This document shows positions 24,337 through 38,887 of a stretch of DNA of 64,000 nucleotides, piece by piece. The notes under the pieces are model-generated. The model was not told the origin of the DNA and searched no databases. It worked only from the letters and a program-made list of their open reading frames with translations. The translations under genes were made by a program, and so were the position numbers. The stretch is from Oopsacas minuta (Eukaryota; Animalia; Porifera). Each line of letters starts with the position of its first letter. Positions within the stretch are counted from its first letter, which is position 1. The stretch is taken from positions 113,228-177,227 of the forward strand of contig JAKMXF010000349.1 of NCBI GenBank assembly GCA_024704765.1, in the 5' to 3' direction.

Positions 24337-25357
24337 AACTAGAGTACAAAAGAAGGGCAATTTCGGAAACTTAATCTACCTTTATTATTATAAAATATCA
24401 ATGAGCAAGTTAAAGTGAGGGAGCACCGCTCCCCCTACACTAAACCCCTGTTCTCTATTGAAATTATCACATATGATGTAAATTGTCACGTTATGCGATT
24501 TCCAAATTCCATTCTATATACGCGTTGATTAGAACTTTATCACCTCATATATATAGTTGTTTATCTAATGATTACTCAGATCAACCTATTTGCAAGAATC
24601 GAACTCTACGGAAGATTTTGTGTGTGAAATAGGATTTAGTTGAACATCTGTACATCCCTGCTTCTTCGATTGTGTTTTGAACAATTCACTCAGAAACGAC
24701 ACTTCAAGTAACGCTGTGGATAAAAGGTACTGTGATAGCATAGATACTCATTTCATGCAGTGGATAACAAGAAAGTTTATTGTATTATACAATATTTTTT
24801 CACATTCCCTATGACTATTAGTAAGCTTGTGTATTTCATTTGCATTTTCTGGACTGTAATATAGACAATTCTATTTGGTTTTTCTCTGTGATACTTATTC
24901 CTGCATGTAATCCAGACCAATCTATCCCCTCAAGGCTTCAATTGCTTTTTCTCCTGCATCACATCCCACTCACTAATCTCGACCACTTTATTCCGATATT
25001 GAACTTGCGAGCTCGTTTCTTGTATTGGCATTCTTTCCCGCTATCTTGACTATCATTCCAATTTGTTCTTGTTAGTTCTTTCTCTTTTCGATGAATATTC
25101 CTCGTTTGCGGGCCCTTACTATATGTGTGTTTATTGCAGATATTAGCTGGGATTTCTCTCTACTATCTGATATTGGTACTGTTGTTTGGCCAGCTAAAAC
25201 GCTGTCTGTCCGAACTCCCTTTTATGTTTTTCTATCAGTATTTTTTCACTTTCAGTTTGGAACTTCAAATAAGAGACTCGCATGTACTTCATTGAATATT
25301 CTCTACTTTGATTGACTATTGATCCTTGATGCTGCTTTTTCTATCTAATGTTATATA

Positions 25358-26696
25358 CAGGGTGTAACATAATTTATGACTACTTCACTGTACCTATATA
25401 TTGTATAACCACACTCATATTTATTTAACTATAGTAAAAGTTTTGCTATTATCCGATTATATCAATCCTCTGGCACCATTATTTATGCATATTCAAACTA
25501 ATGTTCATGTCTATGTCAAAAATATTTAAATAGTTTATACTCCCTATATCTTAGCAATATCATGGTCAAAGAACACAAGATCAATATTAGAAACCAGGCT
25601 GTAGGGATGTTATTAGGTGGGATGACGCAAAGACGCGATTGCAATTTACTTGGAGCATCCTTGCGTATTGTCGGACGATGGTGGACCCAATACCAGAAGG
25701 GTATCTCATTGGAAAATAAACATGTTTAGGACAGAAGGTTTCCTATCAAAAATTGGCAGAATCATCATTCCTAAGTCACTAACAAAGAAACACCAATCTA
25801 CAAGAAAATTGTCGCGAAAACTTAAGTCTAAGGGTATTATAGCATCACATATGACTGTCCAAAGGTATCTCAAGAATTCTAATGGTCAACTAGTTATAAA
25901 AAGCGCTTCAGCCAAAATTATCCGAAAACAGATTAAGGATCGGATTTCTTTCTGTAAACAGAGAGTCAATTGGGCTGTTCAAGATTGGCGTATGGTGTTA
26001 TTTTCTGATGAATCCCTCTATGAATTATTCCACACACCTAATAAACAAAATGATCGTGTATGGGCAAGGGAGGAAGAATCAGTGACCCCTCATTAGAAAA
26101 TAAAATTTTCTTCTAAGATACATGTTAGGGGAATGATGTTATACAATGCGATATCAGAACTGCATATTATACCTAAGTCCTTTACAGTTACTGCAAAATA
26201 TTATATCGAAGAAATACTGAAGAAGTCTCTGAAGAGGGCATTAAGGAGGAAAAGGAAGACTAGATCTGTTCTAGTCAGAAGATTACTCCCAAACATGTCC
26301 AGGTACATCTTTCTGCAGGACTGGGCACCAGCTCATAATGCCATAAAGACTAAAGATTGGTGTAAAGACAATCTGAATTCCTTTTGGGGGAAAGGTATTT
26401 AGCCAGGCAACTTGCTAGACTTAAACCCAATAGAGAATTTATGGGCCATCATCCAAAGCAATATGAATGAAATAGAAGTAGCAACCAATCTAAATATGCT
26501 TGAAAAACAGCTGAAACTGGCATGGCCTCAGATTTCCCTTGAGATTCTCGACAAGCTGGTGAATGGTATGCCCAAAAGGATTAAACATGTTTCAAATATA
26601 AAGGCGGATAGTTAGGAAATTAGATTGGACAGTGAATTCACCGAAAGTTAATTTATGCATATTTTTTCTGTAAGTCACCAATTAAGTTACATCCTG
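25358..26696 (+). mobile_element. Tc1-like element, DD37E class, degenerate transposase
   Basis: TIR CAGGGTGTAACATAATTTATGACT / AGTCACCAATTAAGTTACATCCTG flanked by TA. LFSDES and LQDWAPAH..PGNLLDLNPIENLW with 37 residues between the second D and E; stops and frameshifts present. Confidence 0.9.
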
Positions 26697-29600
26697 TAAT
26701 GTTAAATAGAATTTTCTCTGTTCTGCTAATCTCACTTCTCAACCCTTTCTCTAAGAACTTACTGGCTCCCTATTTCAAGAAGTCTCTTCAATCAGCTAAG
26801 TTTTATAACTTATTTAGTTCCTATAATTAATAATTTCACTGTATGCGAGCCGCTATGCGGCTTGCGAACACTGTGTTCGATTTTAACCCGGCACATTGCA
26901 TTTCGAATATTCTTTCTTCGTAGCAACAATCATTCATATATAAGTAACTGGGTCAAATTCTGATTCAGCTCACTTGAATATCCATGTAAAGCAGTTAATA
27001 GCAAGTCTCTGCGTGTATTTAAGATTTCCACCATTTGTTTACTTTATATTCATAAATACAACAATTATAATTATGATTGTATTATGCTCAAAATCTCAAA
27101 TCACCTTCTGTGCCCTTTAGATTTTACCAAATTAACTTTAGTTGATTAATGAATCTATTTTATTTTACTAAATTTCCATTTTAGCAGAGAAAGATAAATT
27201 TGAATTTACTATTCTAGTTAGACATTGAAATATGTGAAAATCGAATTCCACGCCCTGTTTACCCCTATTTAACAATTGTAAGCTATTCTCTAATTATAAT
27301 TTTGAAATGTCCCAAAAATGTGTGAAAATATGATAAATCAGTGTATATATATTCAAAAAATGTATTAACCGATAGAATTACAGTCTACGTCAATACAAAT
27401 ACATTTCAGTACTAATCACATTACAAACACTCCACCATAACTAATACTATGCATTTATAGCTAATTGTAAAATCCTACAATTTGATTGGGCTAAAATACG
27501 TAGGTTTCAAAAGCTCTGAAAATATACACATTGGAAATTTCCAAATGTCAGGTGTGTAACTTAATCTCACTATGAGTACACATAACAAATTTGGTATCTT
27601 AATCTCTAAAAGTGTGAACAGCAGGTCGAAAATATATATATATACTAAGTCAACCATTTTAGAACTTAGCCACTATACTATGTAATAGTATTTGTCAGCA
27701 CATTATGAATGGAAAATCGGATTAGGCATGCTAGATATTTGGGCAAGTTTTATTGATTTCTGTTTACTTGATGAACATGATAAATATATCATTAATTAGT
27801 TACAACATCTCATAAAATTCGAAACCAATATAGCATTCTACAAACCGTTTCCTTGACAACAAACAAGCAAACAGACAGACAGACAACAATTGCAATTTAT
27901 TAATATTGATTCATTAGTGTGCTTCGCTTTCTATGTCGTTTCGTTACTGAAACTATTTCAAAGTGAGACATTTCCACGATGATTTCTTCAGCAGGTGCAT
28001 ACTAACTTGTCATCATGTTTATTTGTTAAATTTGACTAGAGAAATATTATGGAACGCTTGTATTTGTCCGAATTTCTAGTATGTATTTGTCAGATTGAAG
28101 GATATATTTGTAAGACAGAAGTACGGCCTGAATGAAGGAAACAGGAAGAAAGTAGTAGCAGGTAAAAGCGTTGGGCTCAGTATAAAATGAGACTGAAAGC
28201 CAGAACCAGTACAACGATAATACTAGTAACTAATGATAGTAAATCCTATCCTGTGATTTGTAGTGATGAAATCTCCTTAATCAGAGCCATATTTACAACA
28301 TTTGCAGTCCATCTAGTTAAATGCGGCATAAGAAACGATCAAATCGCCACTAAATTAGAATAGAAATCACAGGAAGTCATTTCCCCAGGAAAATGAGAAA
28401 TGGCCCCAATTTTCGGCAGGAATAATCAATAATACGAGCAAAAGTCTGTCCTGAGAGAAATGTGAATTGAAATATTCCGGTCATCAATTAAATCCAATGA
28501 CAGCTAGTACGAGATGAAACACTTATTCACATTAAAAGGTGAATAAATACACAAACAGCAATAGAAGACAAATGAGCATATGAAAATATTTTGGTAAATA
28601 GAGAAATCAAAATTAAAAAGTTAGAGTAAATACGTGATACATTATTGAGAAATATGACTTATCTTAATAGTGGAGTAAAATTGGACCATCAATTATTCGG
28701 ACGGATGCATACTTCAGTCGGACAGATGCATACAATAAAACTGGGACAATGCAGCTCTCGCAATGTTATACATATATTGGATAAACGAAATATAAAGTTT
28801 CATAACATTTCGTTTAGAAATTCTCTAGTTCAGTCACATCTAATTGAGGCAATAATCGCGGTAGGAAATTATTCTATAAATAGCGTAATATAGCGACATT
28901 AGTTATAGTTCAAATAATTACAAACCATAAAAATGTAAAATTACAACCAGTGACGACTGCATATTCCATTACTTAAATTTATTGAAAAATTGCACTATTA
29001 ATTGGAGGTCCTATGATTAACTATGATTGATTATCCCAATACAGTGTCACTTTTAATCAAAAGTAATTAATATACTAAACTGTCGGCACAGGTTGTAATT
29101 AATATTTTTCCTCGCATTTCAAATCCATCAAACAATATATTCACAAATTACTATGATCATTCAGTCCATATAATATTCAATTTGTTTAGTAATTATCAGC
29201 TGAATAAATATATTAATAGACGGGAATACTAGAATGATCGGTATAAATTAAAGAGTGTCAAATTCGGAATCAGCGTATTATATTACCCCCTTTTGCTGTT
29301 TGGAACAATCTTCTACAATTATTCAACGTTATATATTAGGAAATACATATCTTTTAGATTATCCATAGTTAATTTGAAAAATATTTATTCAGAATATATA
29401 ATACTACATAATTAAGGTTCCCATGCTACAGAAACATGTAGAAATTATATGTACCACATATTTTGATTATTATGAATATCAGATTAGATATTTCGGTACA
29501 GATTAAAGTCGCATAACTATGTATTTATCGTGGTTATCAAGGAAGTAAGTATAATTCAATAAAACTTCACTAAAGATTCAAACATGCTGAAGCTGATTTT

Positions 29601-30436
29601 CACACTTTTGGATTAATCATATGAAAATTTATGGTTGTTTTTATGAATAAAAGTAGATAAATTAGCCAAATCTCAAATTTACGTAGATACTTGCCCACAA
29701 CGGCTACTAAGGTGGTTGATTTTACAAGATGTGAGATATATTGTTCTAAATGTATCTATATTATAATACTCAAAGGGGCTGTCAATTTGGAGAATAATGG
29801 ATACCTCGAGGTCCAATTCGCCAAGTTCATCACGAAATGACTAGCCATTATATTTCGATATCTTCTCAACTTTACATTTAAACCCTAAAACTATTAAGTG
29901 GCAATAATAACCACCTGTATGTCTCCTTATATTTATCGCCATTTCATTGAGTCAAATATTTATCCATGCTTCCAAGCTCGGGATTTAATATAATAGTAAT
30001 ATTAATAGTATAAATAATAATTCAATAATATTACAGATTCAGTACAGAAATATTGTTTTCAGTTCCTAACAGTGTGATTGAATGGAATAACGTCATAATG
30101 TAAAGAGAGCGTAACAACAACAAAAGGGATTAGATTTTTCAAGTAATCCAGCATTCTTGAGAAGATTAGTGAACGTGGATCAACATCAGGCTTCACCTTG
30201 GGTCCAATTATATGTATTTCAGATTTTCATCATTACCTTTTGAAATTTTTGCATCCATTCATGTATATGTGATATCAATCAGGTTAAAAATCCATGTACT
30301 AGTGCAGAAAAATGTAACACGCCGATCGAAAGGTGATAATATGAATTAGCAAATATACAGGGTTGGCCATTAATATTTTATCTATTATAATTTTCATATC
30401 TCACCAGATACAGTTTAAAAATTTATCTTCTATTCT

Positions 30437-32889
30437 TAGTGCCCGATTAACCATGAGGCACCTAAGGCACAAGCCTCAGGGCATCAGCCTTTAGTGGAAC
30501 CAAGCCTCTAGGGCCCACATAATTAATCTTCTAATGTGCATTAGAATTGTAAAAACGCAGTTTTTTGTTTCGTTAATACAATACTATAAGCATTGAGTTA
30601 TATAAATTGTGTTAAAATTTTCATGGTGTTTATTTTTTATAAATTCTAAACAATATTTTATTGTGAAAGTTTGTGATTAGATTTTACAACAATAAACGCA
30701 TCGTACATATGAAAGTCTAGTCATCACTTCACAGCCTTCACAAGTTGAAATTACTCAACATCGTGTGTGAACATCGTTAATAAATTCAGTAATGATGTAG
30801 AAATCTGGCCAGAAAAATACCTGATTAACTTATTGATTACCTGTCCTGGAGAGGAAGCCAAGATTTCCAGTTGCTACAAAGAGAGTACACGAATTCTGTA
30901 CCTCAATATGACAATACAAAAATTAGGTACTGTACACAATCAATGTTCTACCGGAGTTGTATAAATGGTGAAGAAACTATGAGATCTTCGTTTTGTTTCT
31001 CTCCTACTATAGGAAGGATCTATTGGCAAGTTATTTGGATATTCAAGGTTTGTTAATGGCCTCTCTACCTCTGGTTTATATGACTGAAAAAATGCTGTTC
31101 GAACTATGTCATCACACGAATCTTCATACTGTCATAAAAATACATTAGTATTACTTAAGACCTGGGCAAAAAGGTAGGTCGTATTGATTATGAATTTGCT
31201 AAGCAAATTGATCATAACATTAATTACTGGAAATCTGTGCAACATCGTGTTGTAAGTAAGCCATAATATACCTTGCTGAGAGAGGATTAGCATTTTGTGT
31301 TGATAATGAAACTGTTGGTTAATCCAAAATGATAATTTTCTCGGGATACTTGAATTACTGACTCTGTATGACCCATTTTTGTCAAATCACATTAAGATGT
31401 ATGCAAACAAGGGAAGAGGACACATCTTATCTGTCATCAAAAATATGTGAGGAATGAATTTCATTAATGAGTGGGAAAATGATGAAAATTATTGTCGATG
31501 AAGTTCTTTCAACAAGATACTTTAGCCTTTCCGTTGATTCAACTCCAGATATTAGCCACTATGACCAACTAACAATAATTATTCGTTACGTGACTTGAAA
31601 TAGTCCAGTTGAAAGATTTCTAACTTTCCTTGATAACAGAGGTCATACTGGGCGTGGCTTAGCTGAAACAGTCTTGAAATGCCTGAAATACCTTGGAATC
31701 GAGATAGCAAACTGTCGTGGGCAAACTTATGACAACGCTGCAAACATGAGTGGTATATATAATGGCATGCATCAGTTTGCCAAGCTCGAGACCGCAATCA
31801 TAACTGAAATGTGGGATTGTATTCTTACTCGATTCAATGCTACAAGCGAATCTTTACATGATGACAACATGGATTTGAATACTGCTCTTAGAGAGCTTAA
31901 GTCACTGAAAATATGTTTTGTCCCTTAGAGATCGTTTTGATGAATATGAAGAATCAGGGGTAAAGCGAAGTAACAACAGTCAATATCAGTCTGAGATTAA
32001 GAGGATTCAACGGCGAAATCGCAGAATGGGCTTTGATTGTGGAACAATATCAACTAATGAATCAGTTCAGTTTCCACGAGACAATTTAAGGTCACCAAAT
32101 ACGTTTCTATTTTGGATCAACTTGTTTCTGCATTAGATCAACTTGTAGATGCCTACCAGATTCTGAGTGAAAGATTCGATTTTTTGTCAAAGGTTGGCTC
32201 AGATGACAACAGTGCTGAAGCTGCTCAGAAGCTTGTTTCTGTGTATGCTCAGGATCTTGAACCATCACTAGGTGATGAGTTAGTACAACTGTCAGAATTT
32301 GTTTCACTATGTCAAAAGAAGTGGCACAAGGCGAATCTCACGAGTTGTTTATGTATCGTATATAAAAGATAAAGGACTATCATCAACATTTCCAAATGCA
32401 GAGATCATGCTGAGAATCTTTCTGTCATTGATGGTGCCCAATTCAAGTGGAGAACGAACTTTCTCTAAGCTGAGCTTATCAAAAATGAGCTTCACTCAAC
32501 AACGTCCCAGCAACGCCCCACATTTCTGTCTCTTATGAACATTGATTCTGACATTTTGCGGAAGTTCAATCCTGATGATGTTATTGATGATTTTTCCAGA
32601 AATAAAGCTAGAAAAGTATTATTTGGACGTTAATTACTATAAGTAACTATAGTAACAAATATATAATAATAATAAATAATAATAATTTAGTACACACAAA
32701 TAAGTACAACTACAACTATAACTCCCAAAAAGGCATAGTAACATCAAAACTTTCTCTATATTATCTATAATATTATCTGTATCGATATTATATATATATA
32801 TATACGGGATATATCCACCTATCGGGAAGTCTACGGGGCCCCGAAATTGAGCTGTGTCCCAGGCCCCCATCTAGCTTAATCGGGCCCTG
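30437..32889 (+). mobile_element. Heavily degenerate hAT (ZMYM1-like type) element
   Basis: Ends TAGTGCCCGATTAA / TTAATCGGGCCCTG. Fragments YFSLSVDSTPDISHYDQLTIIIRYV, CRGQTYDNAANMSG and FPNAEIMLRIFLSLMVPNSSGERTFSKL. No matching TSD seen. Confidence 0.8.
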
Positions 32890-34712
32890 CTCACTGATAT
32901 CTTTGGTTTTAAGCTCGAGAAGAAGCCTTTTTATAGCCAACATTTCTTTTGCAAAGTTTACCCATTTGATGTCATACTCTTGCATAGTCTTACATAATCC
33001 ATTCATTATGGTTAATACCTTGTGGAGAAAGCAAAGCAATATAACTAATTTTCCCGGGAGAATCTTGTGATAGAGACTCGCAGCCAAATCAGCCTGGTTT
33101 GAATTCGAAACACCAATCTTCTGTAGACTTACAAGAATTGCCTGAAGTCTTTTCACCATAGTGTTAACTCCCTCAAACTTACAAGCCCATCGGACTTCTG
33201 TAAGAGAGGAGGCTGCCATTATAGGCTGTTTGGGATAACACTCCTTTTGAACAGATTCAAATATTTCCCTGTGACTGGCGATGTTGAAATGTGATGTAAG
33301 GACTTATAGACATTCATAACATTATTTGCTTCAGAAACTGTTCGAAAATAAGCAGCAACAACCAAATTCAATCGGTGCGCAGCATAATGGATGTATAGCA
33401 ACCAAGGGTAACGTCTTCTTAGTTTAGCACCTACACTTTTGTAACAACCGCTCATAACATATGCGCCGTCTGCTACAAGTGCCAATAGCGTGGCGGAAGA
33501 ACACAGGTTTCAGTGCTTGGCAAAACTCCTATCACAATAGTCTGGCCTTAGTTTCTTTTAGCCTGAGATCATGAATCGCCTTCGATTTGTCCTTCGTTTA
33601 CAATCTAAAACAGGTGGACAGCGCTTCATGCCCCGCATTATCTCTGCATTCATCAATGAGCATTGAATACAACCCCTCGCTGTTTAATATTTTCTCAATT
33701 TGATGGCGAACCTCGGAAGCTAACGCTTTTATCAAATCCATTGATGATCGCTTTTACGTGTAATCGTATGCATCATAATGTTGTAACATCCTACCGTGTA
33801 GTTGTTTAAATGTTGAGTTAGTGCATAGCATAGTCTTGATAAATTCTTTCCACTTTCCAGGATTAAGAGATTTATTAGATTCATCGTGTCCATTATATGC
33901 TATCTCCTCAGAACAAAAGTACCGATGATACTCCAACAGTGTTTTCATGTATTCTCGATTACTTTCACTACAGAAGGCCTCTCAGGGTCTAACATATTTC
34001 TAATACCAGCTGCTGGATTATTGTTCTGGGGGCTGTAACTTTCCCAACGAGTTATGGAAACTAGGTGATCAGAGCTTGCGTCCTGGGACTTAAAACCGCG
34101 ATTGGTTTCCATCGCCTTAGACAGGCAGAAAAGCTAACTTTAGTAAATACTGTATCACTTTTGATGTTGATGTGCTAAAGTTCCTCCACCAAAACAAAAC
34201 GCCTTGTCTTTTGCAATGCTGTATTCAAGGAATCGGAAGCTAGTATACCAGATTGTTCGAAAAGAACGATTCTTTTGGTCTCTCGGAGTGGACAATAAAT
34301 TTGGCTGCGTTGGTCCGTCAATCAAAGTTCCAAGGGTACTCACATCCACGTCTTGATCAATTGAAATTGTAGGGGTCAATTAAGTAACTGTCGCAGAATG
34401 CGCAGATGTAGATGGGATTAGGGTTTCAGTACTGGTTAGAAAACAATCCTGATTATTCTCTTCGGCGTTTGTTTCCAACCTTTTAGCAAAATATGACGTT
34501 ATTGGCAAAAGGTTCGCGTTATTCGCAGTCCCTTTCATTATGATATACGATACGTCTAATATAAAATACAAAAGATACATCTAAACACAAAATCAGCCGC
34601 TGGCAATAAGTAGATTGATTGTGGGCACTGACTAAGAATATTGAAAGTGTGATGAGTCCCAACTAATTCCGCCCGCCCCCCCCCCCAATACTTCGTCAAA
34701 TATCCGCCACTG
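32890..34712 (-). mobile_element. 3'-truncated degenerate hAT (TTF-type zinc finger / ZMYM1-like type)
   Basis: 5' end CAGTGGCGGATATTTG at 34712 on the minus strand. Fragments GPTQP..RSFRTIWY..LEYSIAKDKAFCF, GHDESNKSLNPGKW, DGAYVMSG..IHYAAHRLNLV and LTEVRW. Confidence 0.8.
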
Positions 34713-36729
34713 GTGGGTGAAATGATTGGTTGAGTCGACCTGGAATTCCCCTATTAAAGTTTGAAATTGTTACAAATATGGTCCCAAACAATCAAATTAA
34801 CTTAAATTACACTGGTCTCAAGGACTTGTCTATATCGAAGAAGTAGTCGCTCTTCCTTGAGCTTTTCCCATAACTTTCAAATAATTATATAAATCAATTG
34901 TATAACCCAAAATCAAATATTTATTCAAGTCAACTCGAGGACGCTCACTTGCTGGCACTGAGCGGCATGCAAAAAAGGTAATTCGTGTTCGGTTTTCTGT
35001 ACCTCGATTATCTATAGTACAACAATAATTTATGGAATTACAACGTGATTTCTTAAAGTGGGCTGCATCAATTGGTCGCGAAGATGTAGAAATTTTCTAA
35101 ATACAATTCTTAGTATCTTTAACAGTAGACATATGTTGTACACTTGCAAACTTGAAGCATCTGTAAAGATACATACAATTTTACGGTTCAGAGCTTCTAG
35201 TGGGTTTGCAAAACCCTTTTCTTCACAAACTCCTTGCACATTCAACTGAACTCATCGCTGACCTAAACAGTGGTTGTAGGCTAAAGCTCTATTCAGATGA
35301 TTACATTGAAAATTGGACAAATAAGTACATTATCTGAGAGAATATCTTGCAGATAAAAGATCATTCGAGAATAAGGTAACAGATATATTCGTTTGGCTAC
35401 TGTCACAAAGTGATCCAGTTTTATAGTTATATATCTTTGAGTCCTTTGAAAATGAAAATGAGGTTGTTAAGTTCACACTTTGTGCAGCCCAAATCCTTAC
35501 CTTGTATAGTAGTCATGCTGCTGAAAGATGCACAGAAGTGGTGACGTTCTTTGGGGTAGTGTAGAAAGTATATGTCCTATTCCACGGGTCACCAAACACT
35601 GTGCTTTCTTTAAGGACATTATTGGGACAGCATTCATCACTTTCTAGAAAACATTGGTTTGTAAGATTCGAGTGTTCGCCCCTTCGCAGCACATCTGTTT
35701 GGATTGCTTCGGACGCCATCTTAGAGTTCAAGCCCACTTCCCATACCTAAGGCAGCAGTGATAGTTGTATTAGTTACACATGTTCTTTGAAATGTGTCCT
35801 AATGTCTCCACCCGTTGAAAGGCTTCGCCATAACAAACTACCATGAGCGATGTTCTTTGCAAATGTGAAGCGGAACCCTAGATGTTGAAAAATACATAGA
35901 TGGACTTATCCGTGACCTGGAGAAAATGAAAGCAGACAAGTCTTCAATTAATCAATTAATTACGGCGGAATGGAAAACTGTGGCAGGTGTGCTGAATATC
36001 GAGAAAACCCTCTTACGTCCCCATTATCGTACTTGACAAGACGGTCGAGATAGATGAGAATGATGACGATCCTAACACAATAATGATGATTACAGATTAT
36101 AGAAGTAAGAGGCTTTTACAGACTTCTTGATACCTTGAAGGAAAAGAGACACTGATAATTGTAGTTTCAATGATATCGATATTTTAATAATCGTGTAGAT
36201 TTCAGTACGAGAAGTTCTAAATTTACAATAAACACTACAAGTCATATCTCTGTATGTAATATATACTAGAACATTGAATCTCAAAGTGAGCTGTAGAGCC
36301 CCTTATCAGCAAGTGGAGGTTAGAGGAGCCCACGGGTTCTGTAGAAAAACATCTGTCAAAGATCGAACCATAAATGGTAACAGGATAGAAATAAATAATC
36401 AACCGTGAGTATTGAATCTGATAAACTCTATTACGGAATATAGTAACGAGGTGTAGACAGTATAGACCTGAAAAATCAAATACGGTTCTGTGAAATCTCC
36501 GTTCAATGAGCAGCTTCAGTGAGAACCACTGTACTAGATTTTCTGTAATAGCTACCAATTGCTAAGTGATACTTAATTACATCTCCCTCTTCCAAAACTT
36601 TGGCCTGGCTACAAGAGTTCTTTTAGACAATCGTACAAGTATATCTGAGTACGGTATGGCAGTTTCCATTATTAACAAGAGTAGATCATCTTTGTACTAA
36701 AGCTGGTATCGCTATTTCACTGACTATAC

Positions 36730-38887
36730 CATGGGTGGGCAAACTACGGCCGCCTGGATTGAATTATTTGATCACTGTCTTATTTTTCCTACACATTTAG
36801 AGATTTCATTAAACAATATTATGCTCCCATTAAAGACTATTACAGTAGAAACCGGATATTTTTAACAATTGGATATTTTTAACAAATTTTCGTGCAAAGA
36901 ATTAATTATTCTGCTTTTACTAGAGTTTCCACCGGATATTTTTAACACCGGATATTTTTAACAATCGGATATTTTTAACAAATTTTTGTGAAAGAATCCA
37001 TTATTCCTTCGGATATTTTACTTTATTGTCAGTTTACTTAGTGAATATTCCTTTCTTAGCCATGTCCTCCCAGAAGCGTTTGTCTTTAGCTCAAAAGTGT
37101 GCCATTATTTACATACAATACACCTGTTGGCGCCTATAAGAGATCTATCACTGAACTGTCCAAGGTTTATGATGTTTCGAAACCGGCCGTGAGCTATATC
37201 CTGAAGAACCAGGAAAAATTCAAGGGTACATTGGAGGCTGGGATGCCCACCAAAAGGTTCAACACTCGTCCTCCATTGAAGTACAGCTTAATTGATGGCC
37301 ACCTCATGGACTGGTTTACAGCCCTGCGGGCTGCTAACAAAGAGATCAACGGCCAAATCATGCTACAAGCAGCCAGAGAGATTGTCAAAAGGCTTGGAGC
37401 TGGTGATCCTGAGGGTATGAACGAGTCCTGGATCCAGAGATGGCGCGAGAGGCATGGGGTCCACTACAAAACCCTCCATGGTGAGGCTGCAGAATGTTCA
37501 GACTTTGTGGTTGGTGGCCATCAGGCCCATCCTGAGCAGATATGCCCAACGGGACATCTATAACGCTGATGAGACAGCCTTGTTTTGGAGGATGTCTGAG
37601 GGAAAGTCTTTTGTGGCTGCCAACGAAGCTAGGGTGGCTGGCCGGAAGACGAGCAAGTCGAGGGTTACGCTACTTATTGGATGCTCTATGACTGGCGAGA
37701 AACTTCCACTTTTGTGCATCGGTTCTGCCAAGAAGCCTCGCTGGCCTGTGGTGTTAGGCAAGAAAGCTGATGCTCCTATAGCCTACGCCAGTTCAGGAAA
37801 GGGTTGGATGAATACTGCATTGTTCAACAAGTGGCTACAAGAATTCAATGGTAAAATCACAAGGCAGGACAGGCAGTGTATGTTGCTCGTAGACAACTGT
37901 CCTGCACATCTGGGCTTGTGCGAGAAGTATGATGGAGTGAAGGCAAATCTCAGGTTAGTCATGTTTCCAAAGAATACAACTGCAAAGCTTCAGCCCTGTG
38001 ATCAGGGATTCATCCGGTCCCTGAAAGCCCACTACCGAGGCAAGCTTGCCAGACTCATCCTCAACAAGGAAGCCAAATCTGTCTCCCTCTAAGAGGGGCT
38101 CTGTATGGTTCGTGTTGCCTGGAGTCAAGTCACAGCAGAAGTGGTGGTGGACTGCTGGAAAAAGTCTCGCCTGAATGATGGAAAGGATCAGCCTGATGTT
38201 GATGAGGCGGAAGTGGCAGATAAGGATCTGGATGATGTGGACGAAGTAATGAGGATGGCTAACATAGAGGATATGCAACCAGTGGCTCACGAGCCCGTTC
38301 CTGATCTCGAGGCATTCCTGGCTACCTTGGCACTTCATACGGATGTTGGGATAGAGGACACTGCCGAACCTTCTGATGGTGACGAGTCTGACATGGGTGA
38401 GGATGGGGATGAAAGCTCTTGCCTCGAATGCCGACTCCCTTAAGTTTCTGTCTCGGATCAAGAACAGGCTAATCTATACTACTGGTCAGACCCCTGATTG
38501 CTTGGTGGAACTGCAATCCATCCTCATGCACCAGCCGCAGCAACAGGCCAAGATAATCCAATTCTTCCCTTTGCAGTGAAAAGGGACGATGAGTAGATAG
38601 CTGTTCAAACACTAGTTTACTGAATATTTATAGATACCGTTGAGTTATAGTTGTTGTAGTAGTAGCTAAAATCGGATATTTTTAACAAATTTTCGTGCAA
38701 AGAATGTGTTAAAAATATCCGGTTTATACTATAGTTAATTATTAAGTATAATTAATGTATTATACAATTAGCTCGTGGAGTTTCTCTAATAAATTAGAAC
38801 ATGGAAAGTAGTCGTAGGTCAATACTCCCTGCATAAAAATTTGCAATTAGGATGCGACCCGCGCAGAAAAAAGTTTGCCCACCCCTG
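36730..38887. mobile_element. Charlie/SPIN-like hAT MITE carrying a nested pogo element
   Basis: TIR CATGGGTGGGCAAACT / AGTTTGCCCACCCCTG; exact 8-bp TSD GACTATAC at 36722..36729 and 38888..38895. Confidence 0.9.
36843..38731 (+). mobile_element. pogo/Tigger element with frameshifted transposase (37099..38443)
   Basis: TIR CAGTAGAAACCGGATATTTTTAACA / TGTTAAAAATATCCGGTTTATACTA flanked by TA. CENP-B-type HTH region, IYNADETALFW, LLVDNCPAH, LQPCDQG and an acidic C-terminal tail. Subterminal GGATATTTTTAACA repeats. Confidence 0.93.

Noticed and set aside
27130-27910. Minus-strand Helitron-like 5' end (TGTCTGTCTGTTTG tract)
   Set aside because: No matching 3' hairpin-CTAG end or second copy in the window.
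27995-28480. Hydrophobic reading frame on the minus strand resembling a membrane-protein remnant
   Set aside because: Several stops, no diagnostic motif and no supported splice structure.
35513-36070. Short ORFs and semi-open frames
   Set aside because: No recognisable motif, and stops interrupt the frames; the same applies to 39464..39763, 52960..53500 and 56850..57330.
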